64,000 bases of DNA from Desulfomicrobium sp. GTDB lineage: Bacteria > Desulfobacterota > Desulfovibrionia > Desulfovibrionales > Desulfomicrobiaceae. Made by a program: the position numbers and the translations under genes. The notes under the pieces are model-generated. The model did not search any database. It saw only the letters and a list, made by a program, of their open reading frames with translations, and was not told the DNA's origin. This document shows, piece by piece, positions 53,114 through 62,207 of this stretch; position 1 is the stretch's first letter; every line of letters starts with the position of its first letter. The DNA lies in NCBI GenBank assembly GCA_040768745.1, contig JAXGMI010000002.1, positions 480,001 through 544,000 on the forward strand. The letters run 5' to 3'.

Positions 53114-53331
53114 GATTCCTCCTTGCCGGCTGGCCCATTCTCCCTCTGGGTGGCCGTCTCGACGATGATCCGGGCCTGCTCCAGTTCGATCCCGCATTCC
53201 TTGGACAGGCGTACGCCCTCCTGAAAGAGCTTGACCCCCTGCTCCAGGGGCAGGTCCCCAGTCTCAAGCAGGGACACGATCTCCCTGATCCGTTCCAGTC
53301 GCTTCTCGAATGTCTGCTGTGTCTTTGCCAT
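53110..53331 (-). CDS. xseB: Exodeoxyribonuclease VII small subunit
   Basis: FEKRLERIREIVSLLETGDLPLEQGVKLFQEG. Confidence 0.93.
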   Translation of the reverse strand: MAKTQQTFEKRLERIREIVSLLETGDLPLEQGVKLFQEGVRLSKECGIELEQARIIVETATQRENGPAGKEES

Positions 53332-53342
53332 ATGCCGCCTTG

Positions 53343-54194
53343 TCAGTGACTCCAAACCTGAGAGAACAGCGGAGAAGGGTCCACCGAAAAATCCAGAATG
53401 CTCAGGCTGAAATGAAGGTGAGGGGCGGTGACCCGCCCGGTCTGGCCCGCCCGGCCGATCGTATCTCCCGCCTCGACCATGTCTCCTTCCCGGACCAGGA
53501 TCTCATCCAGATGCATGTACTGGGTATACACCCCCAGCCCATGGTCGATGAACACGCAGCGTCCGGCATAATAGTGTTCCGCCGCCAGCACAACCTGTCC
53601 TGCAGCGGCGGCTTGCACGGGATCGCCCATGGCCGCCCGCAGGTCCACGCCCCGGTGCGGGTTGCGGGGCTGGTCGTTGAAATAGCGCGTCAACCCATAC
53701 ACGCTCGTTATCTTGCCAGGCACCGGACGAATCAGGGGCAGGTCCAGGTGCTTGACGGGAGAAACTGTACCCAGGATCCTGCGCACCTCACTATTCTCCC
53801 GGTTGATGCGTTCCTGCACACTGGCCGGCGGGGTGACCATCTCCTCGGCCACGATCAGACGCTGGAGAGGAAAATCACGCTTTTCGATGAGAACGGACGA
53901 CTGCACTGCCAGAGGATTCAGGCCGAGCTTGATGACCCGCAATGTCTCGGTTCCGGGTTTCGACTTCAACACATCGGTGCCCAGCAGAAAAGTCAGTGTT
54001 TTCGCCCCATGAGCAGGAATCTCCATGGCTTTTGACGCCCATTCCACCTGCACCGCGCTCATAGGCTCGTCCGCATCGACTCGGACCTCGAAAGGCTGTC
54101 CAATGCCAATGACCTCCGGGCATTCCAGGCGCAGACTCGCCGCGTGCAACGGCAATACACAGAAAACTGCCAAAACAAGAAACATGCCTTTCAC
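53343..54194 (-). CDS. M23-family metallopeptidase
   Basis: HRGVDL, YMHL and TGRVTAPHLH; signal peptide; GTG start inferred. Confidence 0.9.
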   Translation of the reverse strand: MKGMFLVLAVFCVLPLHAASLRLECPEVIGIGQPFEVRVDADEPMSAVQVEWASKAMEIPAHGAKTLTFLLGTDVLKSKPGTETLRVIKLGLNPLAVQSSVLIEKRDFPLQRLIVAEEMVTPPASVQERINRENSEVRRILGTVSPVKHLDLPLIRPVPGKITSVYGLTRYFNDQPRNPHRGVDLRAAMGDPVQAAAAGQVVLAAEHYYAGRCVFIDHGLGVYTQYMHLDEILVREGDMVEAGDTIGRAGQTGRVTAPHLHFSLSILDFSVDPSPLFSQVWSH

Positions 54195-55558
54195 GATGTC
54201 ACCTCGGCGCCGAATTCTCCATCTGACACGTACACCCGAATCCCTTCCCCGGGACGAACGTCGGAACACACGCGGACAAAACGTCCGGCCTCGTTACGGA
54301 CCAGGGCATAGCCGCGGGCCAGGGGTGCTCCGGGATCCAGAGCGGCCAGGCGGCCTTGCAGGCCCCGCAGCAAATCCTCGCGATCACGCACAAAGGCAAC
54401 CCCGGCCAGCTCCAGGGCCGTGCTGAAGCGCCCCAGTTCCGCCTTCGAGACCATAATTCTGGCTGGCCCGAAACTTTTGTGCAGCCGTTCATCCAGCCTA
54501 GCCAAATCCAAGGCGCGGTTTTCGACACGATTCCGGGCGGACTGGCGCAGGCGGTCGCCAAGGCGCTCCAGTTCGAATCCAGCCCGTTCCAAGTGCCGGA
54601 TCGGAGAACTCCAGAAAAGCGCCTGGGCCTGGGCTGTCAAACAGGCCCCCTGCCCGGCCAGATAGCGGTCCATGCCCCGCGTCAGAGCCATGAGCATCTC
54701 GTCGGCCTGTTGCCTGAGCACCCCACGTTCAGTCCACAGGATCTGGGCAGCATGGGAGGGCGTTGCCGCCCGCTGGTCTGCCACCAGGTCGGCGATGGTC
54801 GTGTCGACCTCATGGCCCACGCCGGTCAGCACCGGCATGCGGGCCCGGGAGATGGCCTCGGCCACGGGCTCGGTATTGAACGCCCACAGGTCCTCCAGGG
54901 ATCCACCACCCCGGATGAGGACCACGATTTCGGCCCACCCGTCCATGTCCGCCCGGTCCAGGGCTGCCGCAATCTGGGCCGGGGCGCTCTCGCCCTGCAC
55001 CAGTGAAGGATAGATCCGCACCGTGGCCCCGAAGCCCCGGTCCGCGGCAATGCGCAAAAAATCCTGCAGGGCCGCGCCCTGGGGCGCGGTGACCACGGCC
55101 ACGCGACGTGGGTTGCGCGGCAGGGCCATCTTGCGGTCCTGGTCAAAATAGCCCTTGGCCTGGAGTTTGGCCTTCATGGCCTCGAAGGCTATGGCCAGCT
55201 CGCCCTGGCCCTGTCCCTGCACCAGCTCGGCCACGAGCTGGTAGGCCCCGCGCGGCGGGTACACGTTCATGCGCCCGGCCACAAGGACCTCCAATCCGTC
55301 AGAGAGCTGAAATGCCTCCCCGACCTCGCCGGTCAGGGGGTTGACGCACTCCCCCTCATCCTTTCCGGCCTTGGGCTGCGCCCCCTTGAACCACACGACG
55401 TTCAGGATCGCTTCCTCGTCCTTGAGCGAGAAGTAGACATGCCCGGAAGGCGGCTTGGAAAGGTTCGAAATCTGGCCCCGCACCCAGACGAACGGGAATT
55501 CGCCCTCGAGGACGTCCTTGACAGCCTGGGTCAGGGTACGGACGGTGAAGATGTGCAT
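54191..55558 (-). CDS. xseA: Exodeoxyribonuclease VII large subunit
   Basis: SGHVYFSLKD, RGGGSLEDLWAFN and GHEVD..RAATPS. Confidence 0.96.
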   Translation of the reverse strand: MHIFTVRTLTQAVKDVLEGEFPFVWVRGQISNLSKPPSGHVYFSLKDEEAILNVVWFKGAQPKAGKDEGECVNPLTGEVGEAFQLSDGLEVLVAGRMNVYPPRGAYQLVAELVQGQGQGELAIAFEAMKAKLQAKGYFDQDRKMALPRNPRRVAVVTAPQGAALQDFLRIAADRGFGATVRIYPSLVQGESAPAQIAAALDRADMDGWAEIVVLIRGGGSLEDLWAFNTEPVAEAISRARMPVLTGVGHEVDTTIADLVADQRAATPSHAAQILWTERGVLRQQADEMLMALTRGMDRYLAGQGACLTAQAQALFWSSPIRHLERAGFELERLGDRLRQSARNRVENRALDLARLDERLHKSFGPARIMVSKAELGRFSTALELAGVAFVRDREDLLRGLQGRLAALDPGAPLARGYALVRNEAGRFVRVCSDVRPGEGIRVYVSDGEFGAEVTS

Positions 55559-55565
55559 AAAACGC

Positions 55566-57308
55566 TTACACCAACCCCCACTCCTTCATCACTTCCCTGC
55601 GCCATTCCAGAACGGCGTTTTGCCAATCGGCCACCGGTAGTTCCCGCTTTTCGCCGGTCCTGCGGTTCTTGACCTCCAGCACGCCCTTTTCCAGGCCCTT
55701 GCCGCCGATGACGATCTGCATGGGGGAGCCCAGCAGGTCCGCCTCGTTGAACTTGACGCCGGGGCGCTCGTCGCGGTCGTCGAACAGGGTATCGATACCC
55801 TGAGCTTCCAGCCAGTCATGGATTTCCCGGCACTGGGCCATGACCTTCTCGTCCTTGGTGGACATGGCCAGGATCGTGACCTCGAAGGGGGCGATGGACG
55901 GCGGGAATATCATGCCGGCCGCGTCGTTGTTCTGCTCGATGCAGGCGGCCACCACGCGGCTGACGCCGATGCCGTAGCAGCCCATGATGATGACCTGCTC
56001 CTTGCCGGTTTCATCCAGGAAGGTCGCGTTCATGGCCTTGGAGTACTTGGTGCCGAGCTTGAAGACATGGCCGACTTCGATCCCCTCGGGCATGGTGATG
56101 GCCGCCCCGCAGGCCGGGCAGGGGTCGTCCAGGGTGATGGAACGCAGGTCCGCGTAACCCGTGGGCGCGGCGTCCGTGGACAGGGTGATGTCCCGGCGCG
56201 GGTCGACATGGATCAGGTGCGCGTCGGCCGCATTGGCCCCGCACACAAAATCCGTGGCCGAGGCGATCTCGAAATCGGCATAGATGGCATCGACCGTCAG
56301 GCCGACGGGTCCTGCAAAGCCGACCGGCGCACCGGTCCACTGCGTGACCTGCTCAGGTGTGGCCAGTTCCACATTGGTCGCGTGCAGGAGATTCTTGAGC
56401 TTCACGTCGTTCACCTCGCGGTCCCCGCGCAGGAGCACTGCCACGGATCTCCCGTCCGCATCAAACAGGAGCGTCTTCATGATCTGACTGGCTGGCACGG
56501 CAAGAAATCCGGCCACCTCTTCCACGGTGTGCTTGCCCGGAGTGGCCACCCGCTCGTACGCATCGCAGGTTGCGGTGCACATTGCGCCAGGCCTGATCTC
56601 GGCTTTTTCCAGATTGGCGGCATAGGAGCAGGCCGTGCATACGGCCAGGGTGTCCTCCCCGGTCTCGGCCAGAACCATGAACTCGTGGGAAAAGCTGCCG
56701 CCGATGGCCCCGGAGTCGGCGCTGACAGCCCGGAATTTCAGGCCCAGCCGGGTAAAGATGCGGGTGTAGGTGTCGTACATGGCCTGGTAGCTTTCGTTCG
56801 CCCCTTCCTCGTCCTTGTCGAAGGAATAGGCGTCCTTCATGATGAACTCCCGGCCACGCATGAGTCCGAAGCGCGGCCGGATCTCGTCCCGGAACTTGGT
56901 CTGGATCTGGTACAGGTTGATGGGCAGCTGACGGTAGGAGCGGACCTCCCCGCGGATGAGGTCGGTCACGACTTCCTCGTGCGTGGGTCCGAGACAGTAG
57001 TCGCGACCGTGGCGGTCATTCAGGCGCAGGAGCTCCTTGCCGTAGAATTCCCAGCGCCCGCTCTCCTGCCACAGGTCGGCCGGCTGAACCATGGGCATGG
57101 AGATTTCCTGGGCCCCGGCCCGGTCCATCTCCTCGCGCACGATGTTCGCGACCTTGTTGATGGCCCTCAGCCCCAGCGGCATGTAGGTGTAGATGCCGGA
57201 GGTCAGCTTGCGGATCATGCCCGCACGCAGCAGCAGCTTGTGGCTGACGACCTCGGCCTCTGCCGGAGTTTCCTTCAAGGTGGGCACGTAGAACTTGCTG
57301 AACAGCAT
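55566..57308 (-). CDS. proS: Proline--tRNA ligase
   Basis: [24 protein letters not shown], editing insertion domain and [10 protein letters not shown]. Confidence 0.98.
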   Translation of the reverse strand: MLFSKFYVPTLKETPAEAEVVSHKLLLRAGMIRKLTSGIYTYMPLGLRAINKVANIVREEMDRAGAQEISMPMVQPADLWQESGRWEFYGKELLRLNDRHGRDYCLGPTHEEVVTDLIRGEVRSYRQLPINLYQIQTKFRDEIRPRFGLMRGREFIMKDAYSFDKDEEGANESYQAMYDTYTRIFTRLGLKFRAVSADSGAIGGSFSHEFMVLAETGEDTLAVCTACSYAANLEKAEIRPGAMCTATCDAYERVATPGKHTVEEVAGFLAVPASQIMKTLLFDADGRSVAVLLRGDREVNDVKLKNLLHATNVELATPEQVTQWTGAPVGFAGPVGLTVDAIYADFEIASATDFVCGANAADAHLIHVDPRRDITLSTDAAPTGYADLRSITLDDPCPACGAAITMPEGIEVGHVFKLGTKYSKAMNATFLDETGKEQVIIMGCYGIGVSRVVAACIEQNNDAAGMIFPPSIAPFEVTILAMSTKDEKVMAQCREIHDWLEAQGIDTLFDDRDERPGVKFNEADLLGSPMQIVIGGKGLEKGVLEVKNRRTGEKRELPVADWQNAVLEWRREVMKEWGLV

Positions 57309-57410
57309 GGGACATCTCCTCGATATGAAACTGAATGTATTTGTTTAAGAAAATACGATGCAACCTGGAAGCCGCGCCAAAAGGTCCCATGGACGAACCG
57401 GCCTGGGAGG

Positions 57411-58490
57411 TTAGCCGGCCGCGGCCTGCGCCGCCAGCCTTTCGGCCAGTTCCAGCAGCTCGGCCCCCCGTTCGAGGCCGTCCACGAAGCGCCACGGGAT
57501 GCCGGAAAGCCCTGTCTGGGCGCCGGCCAAGGCCCCCGTCAGCATGGTCCTGGCCTGGTTCTGTCCGCCTCCGTTCACGGCATGGAGAACGGCCGACTCA
57601 AAGTCGTCTTTGAACCGTGCGGCCAGATAGTAGGCGGCCGGAAGCTGGTGGTAGATGGCGCAGGGCATGCCATAGACCAGGGAGACCTTCCAGGCCGGCT
57701 CGATGCGCACGTCAGGGTCGCCGGCGGCCGCGGCCATGTAGGCCGGCGAAAGGAGTGCGTCGGGGGAGGCGAAGCGGCCGGCTCGCGGCGGGTCCGGGTC
57801 GCCAGGACGCGGGGGCTGGAGGTTGTCGCTGGTCACGGCGTGGAAGGGGAGCTCCCCCGTCTTGACCAGCTTCATGAGCCGGCCGGAAATGTTCGTGTCC
57901 AGCAGATGCCCCTGCACCAGCTGCCCCAGCACTGCTCCGTAGGCCAAGGTCAGGGACAGGATGAGGTCGTCGGCCTGGGTCAGGGCGGCGTTTTCGGCCA
58001 CGGCCGTGGCCAGCTTCGCAGGCTCCAGGGCGTAGCGCACGGCAATGGCCAGGGTCCGCTCGACGGCCTCGGTGGTGTCTGCCCGCCCGGCTGTCTTGCC
58101 CCAGGGCAGGCGCTGCCGCACACGACGCTGCCAAGCCTCGCGAATGGACTGGCTGGTGTAGTTCCCGGGTCCGCAGAAAGGCGTCCCGTCCAGCAGGGGA
58201 AAAAGCTCTTCGTCCATGCGCTGGCAGAAATCCTGCTCATCATACCCCCCGCGTTCCAACAGCGACCAGAGGGTCAGCTCAAGAATGAAACCTGGCTGGG
58301 ACTGTTGCCCTGCCCGCAATCCCTCGTGATAGCGACCGGGCCTGGGCGCAGTGTAGCCTGTGATCCAATCCCCATAGTCGCGGCGCAGGGCATCCAGGTC
58401 ATAGTACCAGTGGGGTCCCACGCCCAGGGCCTCCCCGATGAAGGCCCCCATGATCGCCCCCACGGCGCGGTCTTGAAAATCTTTCGCCAC
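57411..58490 (-). CDS. ADP-ribosylglycohydrolase-fold protein with degenerate metal-binding motifs
   Basis: GAIMGAFIGEALG N-terminus and AVNGGGQNQAR..TGALAGA C-terminus; AGGAG ribosome-binding site before GTG. Confidence 0.82.
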   Translation of the reverse strand: MAKDFQDRAVGAIMGAFIGEALGVGPHWYYDLDALRRDYGDWITGYTAPRPGRYHEGLRAGQQSQPGFILELTLWSLLERGGYDEQDFCQRMDEELFPLLDGTPFCGPGNYTSQSIREAWQRRVRQRLPWGKTAGRADTTEAVERTLAIAVRYALEPAKLATAVAENAALTQADDLILSLTLAYGAVLGQLVQGHLLDTNISGRLMKLVKTGELPFHAVTSDNLQPPRPGDPDPPRAGRFASPDALLSPAYMAAAAGDPDVRIEPAWKVSLVYGMPCAIYHQLPAAYYLAARFKDDFESAVLHAVNGGGQNQARTMLTGALAGAQTGLSGIPWRFVDGLERGAELLELAERLAAQAAAG

Positions 58491-58502
58491 GGACACTCCT
58501 GT

Positions 58503-59654
58503 TCAACGCACAATAAATTTCCCCACTCCATCAGATGCTGCGCAGTTTTCAACAGCCTTCACGCGACGCTCGTCCAGAAACAGTTCCAGCTCCTCCATGA
58601 AGGCGGGCAAGAGTTCGCTGCGGCCCTTGACCTTGCGCACCACCTCGCCCCTGCGGAAGACGAGACCGGAATCCCGGCCGCCGGCCACTCCGATGTCCGC
58701 CTCGCGGGCCTCACCCGGACCGTTGACCACGCAGCCCATGACGGCCACGGTGAAAACCTCCTCCACCCCGCGCAACCTGTCCTCCACGGCTGCAGCCAAT
58801 TCCATGAGTCCGATCTCGGTCCGGCCGCAGGTCGGACAGGACACGATCTCCGGACCTCTGACCCGCAGGCCCAGGGCGCGCAGGATCTCCCAGGCCACCA
58901 GCATCTCCTCCACCGGATCGGCGGTGAGGGACACGCGCAGGGTGTCGCCGATTCCCTCGGCCAGCAGGATACCGAGCCCCACGGACGACTTGACCGCCCC
59001 GCGCATGGCCGTTCCGGCCTCGGTCACACCGATGTGCAGGGGATACTCCACAGCCTTGGACATGAGCCGGTAGGCGGCGATGGTTTTCAGGACACTCGAC
59101 GACTTGAGGGAAATCTTGATGTCGCGGAAGCCGCGTTCCTCCAGCAGGCGCACGTGCTCCATGGCGCTCTCGACCATGGCCTCCGGGGTCGGGCCTCCGT
59201 ATTTGCGCAGGAGATCTTTGTCCACAGACCCGCTGTTGACGCCAATGCGGATGGGCACGCCGGCGGCCCGGGCCGCATTCACCACCCGGTCCACCTTGTC
59301 CGGACCACCGATGTTGCCGGGATTGATGCGCAGACCTTTTACGCCCGCCTCCACGGCGAGCACCGCCAGACGGGAATCAAAATGGATGTCCGCGATAATC
59401 GGCAGGGCGGTGGCCGTGCAGATCCGCTTCAATGCCAGGGCCGCGTCCAAATCGAGCACGGCCAGCCGCACGATCTCACACCCGACCGAAGCCAGGGCCT
59501 GAATCTGGGCCAGGGTGGCGTCCACATCGCGCGTATCTGTGTTGGTCATGGACTGGACACGGATGGGGTTGTCCCCGCCGATGCCCACTCCTCCGACGGA
59601 GATGATGCTGGTTTTTCTGCGTTGGATGCGCATTGGAGTTTCGAACTGCGTCAT
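58503..59654 (-). CDS. ispG: 4-hydroxy-3-methylbut-2-en-1-yl diphosphate synthase
   Basis: VQSMTNT, ADIHF, RINPGNIG, SCPTCGR and MGCVVNGPGE. Confidence 0.97.
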   Translation of the reverse strand: MTQFETPMRIQRRKTSIISVGGVGIGGDNPIRVQSMTNTDTRDVDATLAQIQALASVGCEIVRLAVLDLDAALALKRICTATALPIIADIHFDSRLAVLAVEAGVKGLRINPGNIGGPDKVDRVVNAARAAGVPIRIGVNSGSVDKDLLRKYGGPTPEAMVESAMEHVRLLEERGFRDIKISLKSSSVLKTIAAYRLMSKAVEYPLHIGVTEAGTAMRGAVKSSVGLGILLAEGIGDTLRVSLTADPVEEMLVAWEILRALGLRVRGPEIVSCPTCGRTEIGLMELAAAVEDRLRGVEEVFTVAVMGCVVNGPGEAREADIGVAGGRDSGLVFRRGEVVRKVKGRSELLPAFMEELELFLDERRVKAVENCAASDGVGKFIVR

Positions 59655-59720
59655 GACTACCAAGCCTACTGAATTTGATCATCAAAGCCAAGGACAAGGC
59701 AAAATGGGAACGAGGAACGA

Positions 59721-60383
59721 TCAAAAATATCCCAGGCTGTGCAGGTGATCCATCTGCACCTCCTTCCGCCCATCCCGCCCAGAGCGTTCGCCGTGACCCG
59801 ATCGACTGGTGCAGGGGATGCAGCCCAGGGAGCGGTAGCCCCGGTCGTAGAGCACACACCATGGGATGTTTTCGCGCACCAGGAACGTCCAGATGTCCAG
59901 CTCCGTCCATTCCAGAAGAGGTGCCGCCCTGAGATGCCCTCCATGATCCTCCAGCCACGGACGCTTGGCCCGATCAGGGTTTTCATCGGCGCGCACCCCG
60001 GTCAGAAGCGCGGTGGTTCCCAGGTTCACGATGGCTTCATTGAGAGGGGCTATCTTCAAGTCCCGGCAGCATTGCAGCGGGTCCACGGCCAGGGGGTAGT
60101 GGGCCAGATCCTGCCTGGGATGAACGATATGCAGCGCAATATCCCATTCACGGGCTAAACGGTCGCGAAAATCCAGCACCTCTGGAAACTTGCAGCCCGT
60201 ATCGAGATTGATGGCCTGAACAGACCGCCCCGGGTCCTGCCGGCGCAAGACATTCCGCCACAGGGCGAGCACCGTGGTGGAGTCCTTGCCCCCGGTCCAT
60301 CCTACAGCCACTGCCGGGCCAAAGCGTGTCAGCACCTCGGCCATCCGGTTCATGGCCAGACTGACTTTGTCCGCGAGAGTCAT
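59721..60383 (-). CDS. PAPS/APS reductase (CysH)-family protein
   Basis: WTGGKDS, DTG, CCRDLK, GYRSLGCIPCT and ERSGR; start at 60383 or 60389. Confidence 0.85.
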   Translation of the reverse strand: MTLADKVSLAMNRMAEVLTRFGPAVAVGWTGGKDSTTVLALWRNVLRRQDPGRSVQAINLDTGCKFPEVLDFRDRLAREWDIALHIVHPRQDLAHYPLAVDPLQCCRDLKIAPLNEAIVNLGTTALLTGVRADENPDRAKRPWLEDHGGHLRAAPLLEWTELDIWTFLVRENIPWCVLYDRGYRSLGCIPCTSRSGHGERSGRDGRKEVQMDHLHSLGYF

Positions 60384-60901
60384 CCGCATACCACCCTGCA
60401 TCAACCTCCTGAAACATCCTGCACGCCGGTACGAGGGCATACGCACGAGCTGCAGGGAGTGCAAGCCTGCTCCAGAATCCGCACAATCGCCAGAGGTGAC
60501 CGAGAGAGTGTCGCTCAGAGACAGGCCCAGTGTGAACCTCATTTCAAACGCAAAGGACATTGGCGGACTGAAAACGACCTTTCACCGTTTGCCAATGTAC
60601 GAAAGCCGCTTGTCGCAGGGCTCCTGGATTCATCACCTGCTTCTGGTGTATCCATCTGCAAGTAAGTCCAGGCCGCGCAACCCGCTCTTTTTTGCCCATG
60701 CCCTTGACGCTGAGCAACGCACAATCGACGCACCGGAAGAAATGCGCCACGCGGCGGCTGACCATGCACTGCACCTTGCAGGCAGGTGCATCGTCGCCGG
60801 GTGAAGGGCCAGCCCGCCAGACTGCAGAGCAGAAGAATTTGACGGAGATCAAGGCAGGAACAAATTTCCAACAGCACTCCGAGATTCCAAAGGAGATCAA
60901 C

Positions 60902-62119
60902 ATGACATCGACAAACAAGGGGTGGAGAGTGACTTTCGCCGGTCTGGGCATCAACCTTGCCCTGGGTGTTCTCTATGCCTGGAGCATCTTCAAAGGGGAA
61001 ATCACCTCCTCCATCGGGGCAGGGGGGCCTTTCACCTGGGATCCTTCTGCGGCCAATGACCCCTACGCCTTGTGCTGTCTTGTCTTTTCATTTTCCATGA
61101 TCCTGGCCGGCAAGGTCCAGGACAGATTTGGTCCGCGCCTGACAGCCATGATCGGAGGGGTGCTCGTCGGTTCAGGCATGGTTTGGGCGTCCTTGAGCAC
61201 CGCATATTTCAGCTGGCTGCTTGGATTCGGCGTGCTGGCAGGAATGGGCATGGGCTTTGGCTACGCCGCGGCCACGCCTCCGGCCCTGAAATGGTTCCCC
61301 GCCTCAAAAACAGGGCTTGTGGCCGGAATTGTGGTGGCCGGATTCGGACTTGCTCCGGTGTATATCGCGCCCCTGGCCACCTGGCTCATTGCAGGCTGGG
61401 GTTTGGCCGGAGCGATGAAATTTCTGGGCATGGCCTTTATCATTGTTGTCGGGGGACTGGCCATCCTGCTGGTCAATCCGCCTGCCGGATACATCCCCGC
61501 CAACCCGGCCGCATCATCGGCCACAAAGGCCCCTCTCCCTGGCCCTTCAGGCTCCATCCTGATCCAGGGCCGTTTCTGGGTGCTGTGGATCACCTATTTC
61601 ATCGCCGCCGGGGCCGGACTCATGGTCATCGGATCGGTAGCCGAGATGGCCAAGAAAAGTATGGGTGAATACGCCTTCGTGGTAGTGGCGTGCATGGCCG
61701 TGGGCAACGCTGGAGGCCGGATTGTAGCCGGTCTCATCTCCGACCGGATCGGCCGCAAGGCCACCTTGGCCATCATGCTCGGGTGCCAGGCCCTGCTCAT
61801 GTTCCTGGGCATGAGCCTGATCGGGGCCGATGTCAGCGCCTTGCTTCTCGTTCTTTTGGCAACAGGCATCGGATTCAACTACGGCACCAACCTGTCCCTT
61901 TTCCCATCTTTCACCAAGGATCTGTGGGGATTGAGGAGTTTCGGCACCAACTACGGACTGCTGTTCACCGCCTGGGGTGTGGGTGGCTTCGCCTTGAGCC
62001 GGATATCCCAAATGCTGCAGACCAGTACCGGAACGTTCGCAGCATCCTTTCTGACTGCCGGAATCCTGCTCCTGGGAGGGCTCGTCCTCACAGTTTTCGG
62101 ACTGGCCAGAAAAACATGA
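60902..62119 (+). CDS. MFS transporter, oxalate/formate antiporter (OFA) family
   Basis: ALGVLYAWSIF, GKVQDRFGPR, KWFP..GLVAG and NYGLLFTAWG; AAGGAG ribosome-binding site. Confidence 0.9.
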   Translation: MTSTNKGWRVTFAGLGINLALGVLYAWSIFKGEITSSIGAGGPFTWDPSAANDPYALCCLVFSFSMILAGKVQDRFGPRLTAMIGGVLVGSGMVWASLSTAYFSWLLGFGVLAGMGMGFGYAAATPPALKWFPASKTGLVAGIVVAGFGLAPVYIAPLATWLIAGWGLAGAMKFLGMAFIIVVGGLAILLVNPPAGYIPANPAASSATKAPLPGPSGSILIQGRFWVLWITYFIAAGAGLMVIGSVAEMAKKSMGEYAFVVVACMAVGNAGGRIVAGLISDRIGRKATLAIMLGCQALLMFLGMSLIGADVSALLLVLLATGIGFNYGTNLSLFPSFTKDLWGLRSFGTNYGLLFTAWGVGGFALSRISQMLQTSTGTFAASFLTAGILLLGGLVLTVFGLARKT

Positions 62120-62207
62120 ACATGGCCCACTCCGTCAGGGCAGACTCTGCGGAGCCGTTCCACGGCCCCTCGCCATTCACCGGCAAGTTCCCTGTTTTTG
62201 AAAAAGG

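Noticed and set aside
55818..59672. 1284-aa plus-strand ORF spanning proS, the ARH-like gene and ispG
   Set aside because: Antisense shadow. All three real genes share the same codon register as this ORF, GC-rich codon bias removes antisense stops, and the translation has no recognisable motifs
60740..60901. Resemblance to ZTP or Moco riboswitch fragments (ACTCCGAG..AAAGGAG)
   Set aside because: Core conserved elements and spacing are missing; kept only as a generic structured-leader finding
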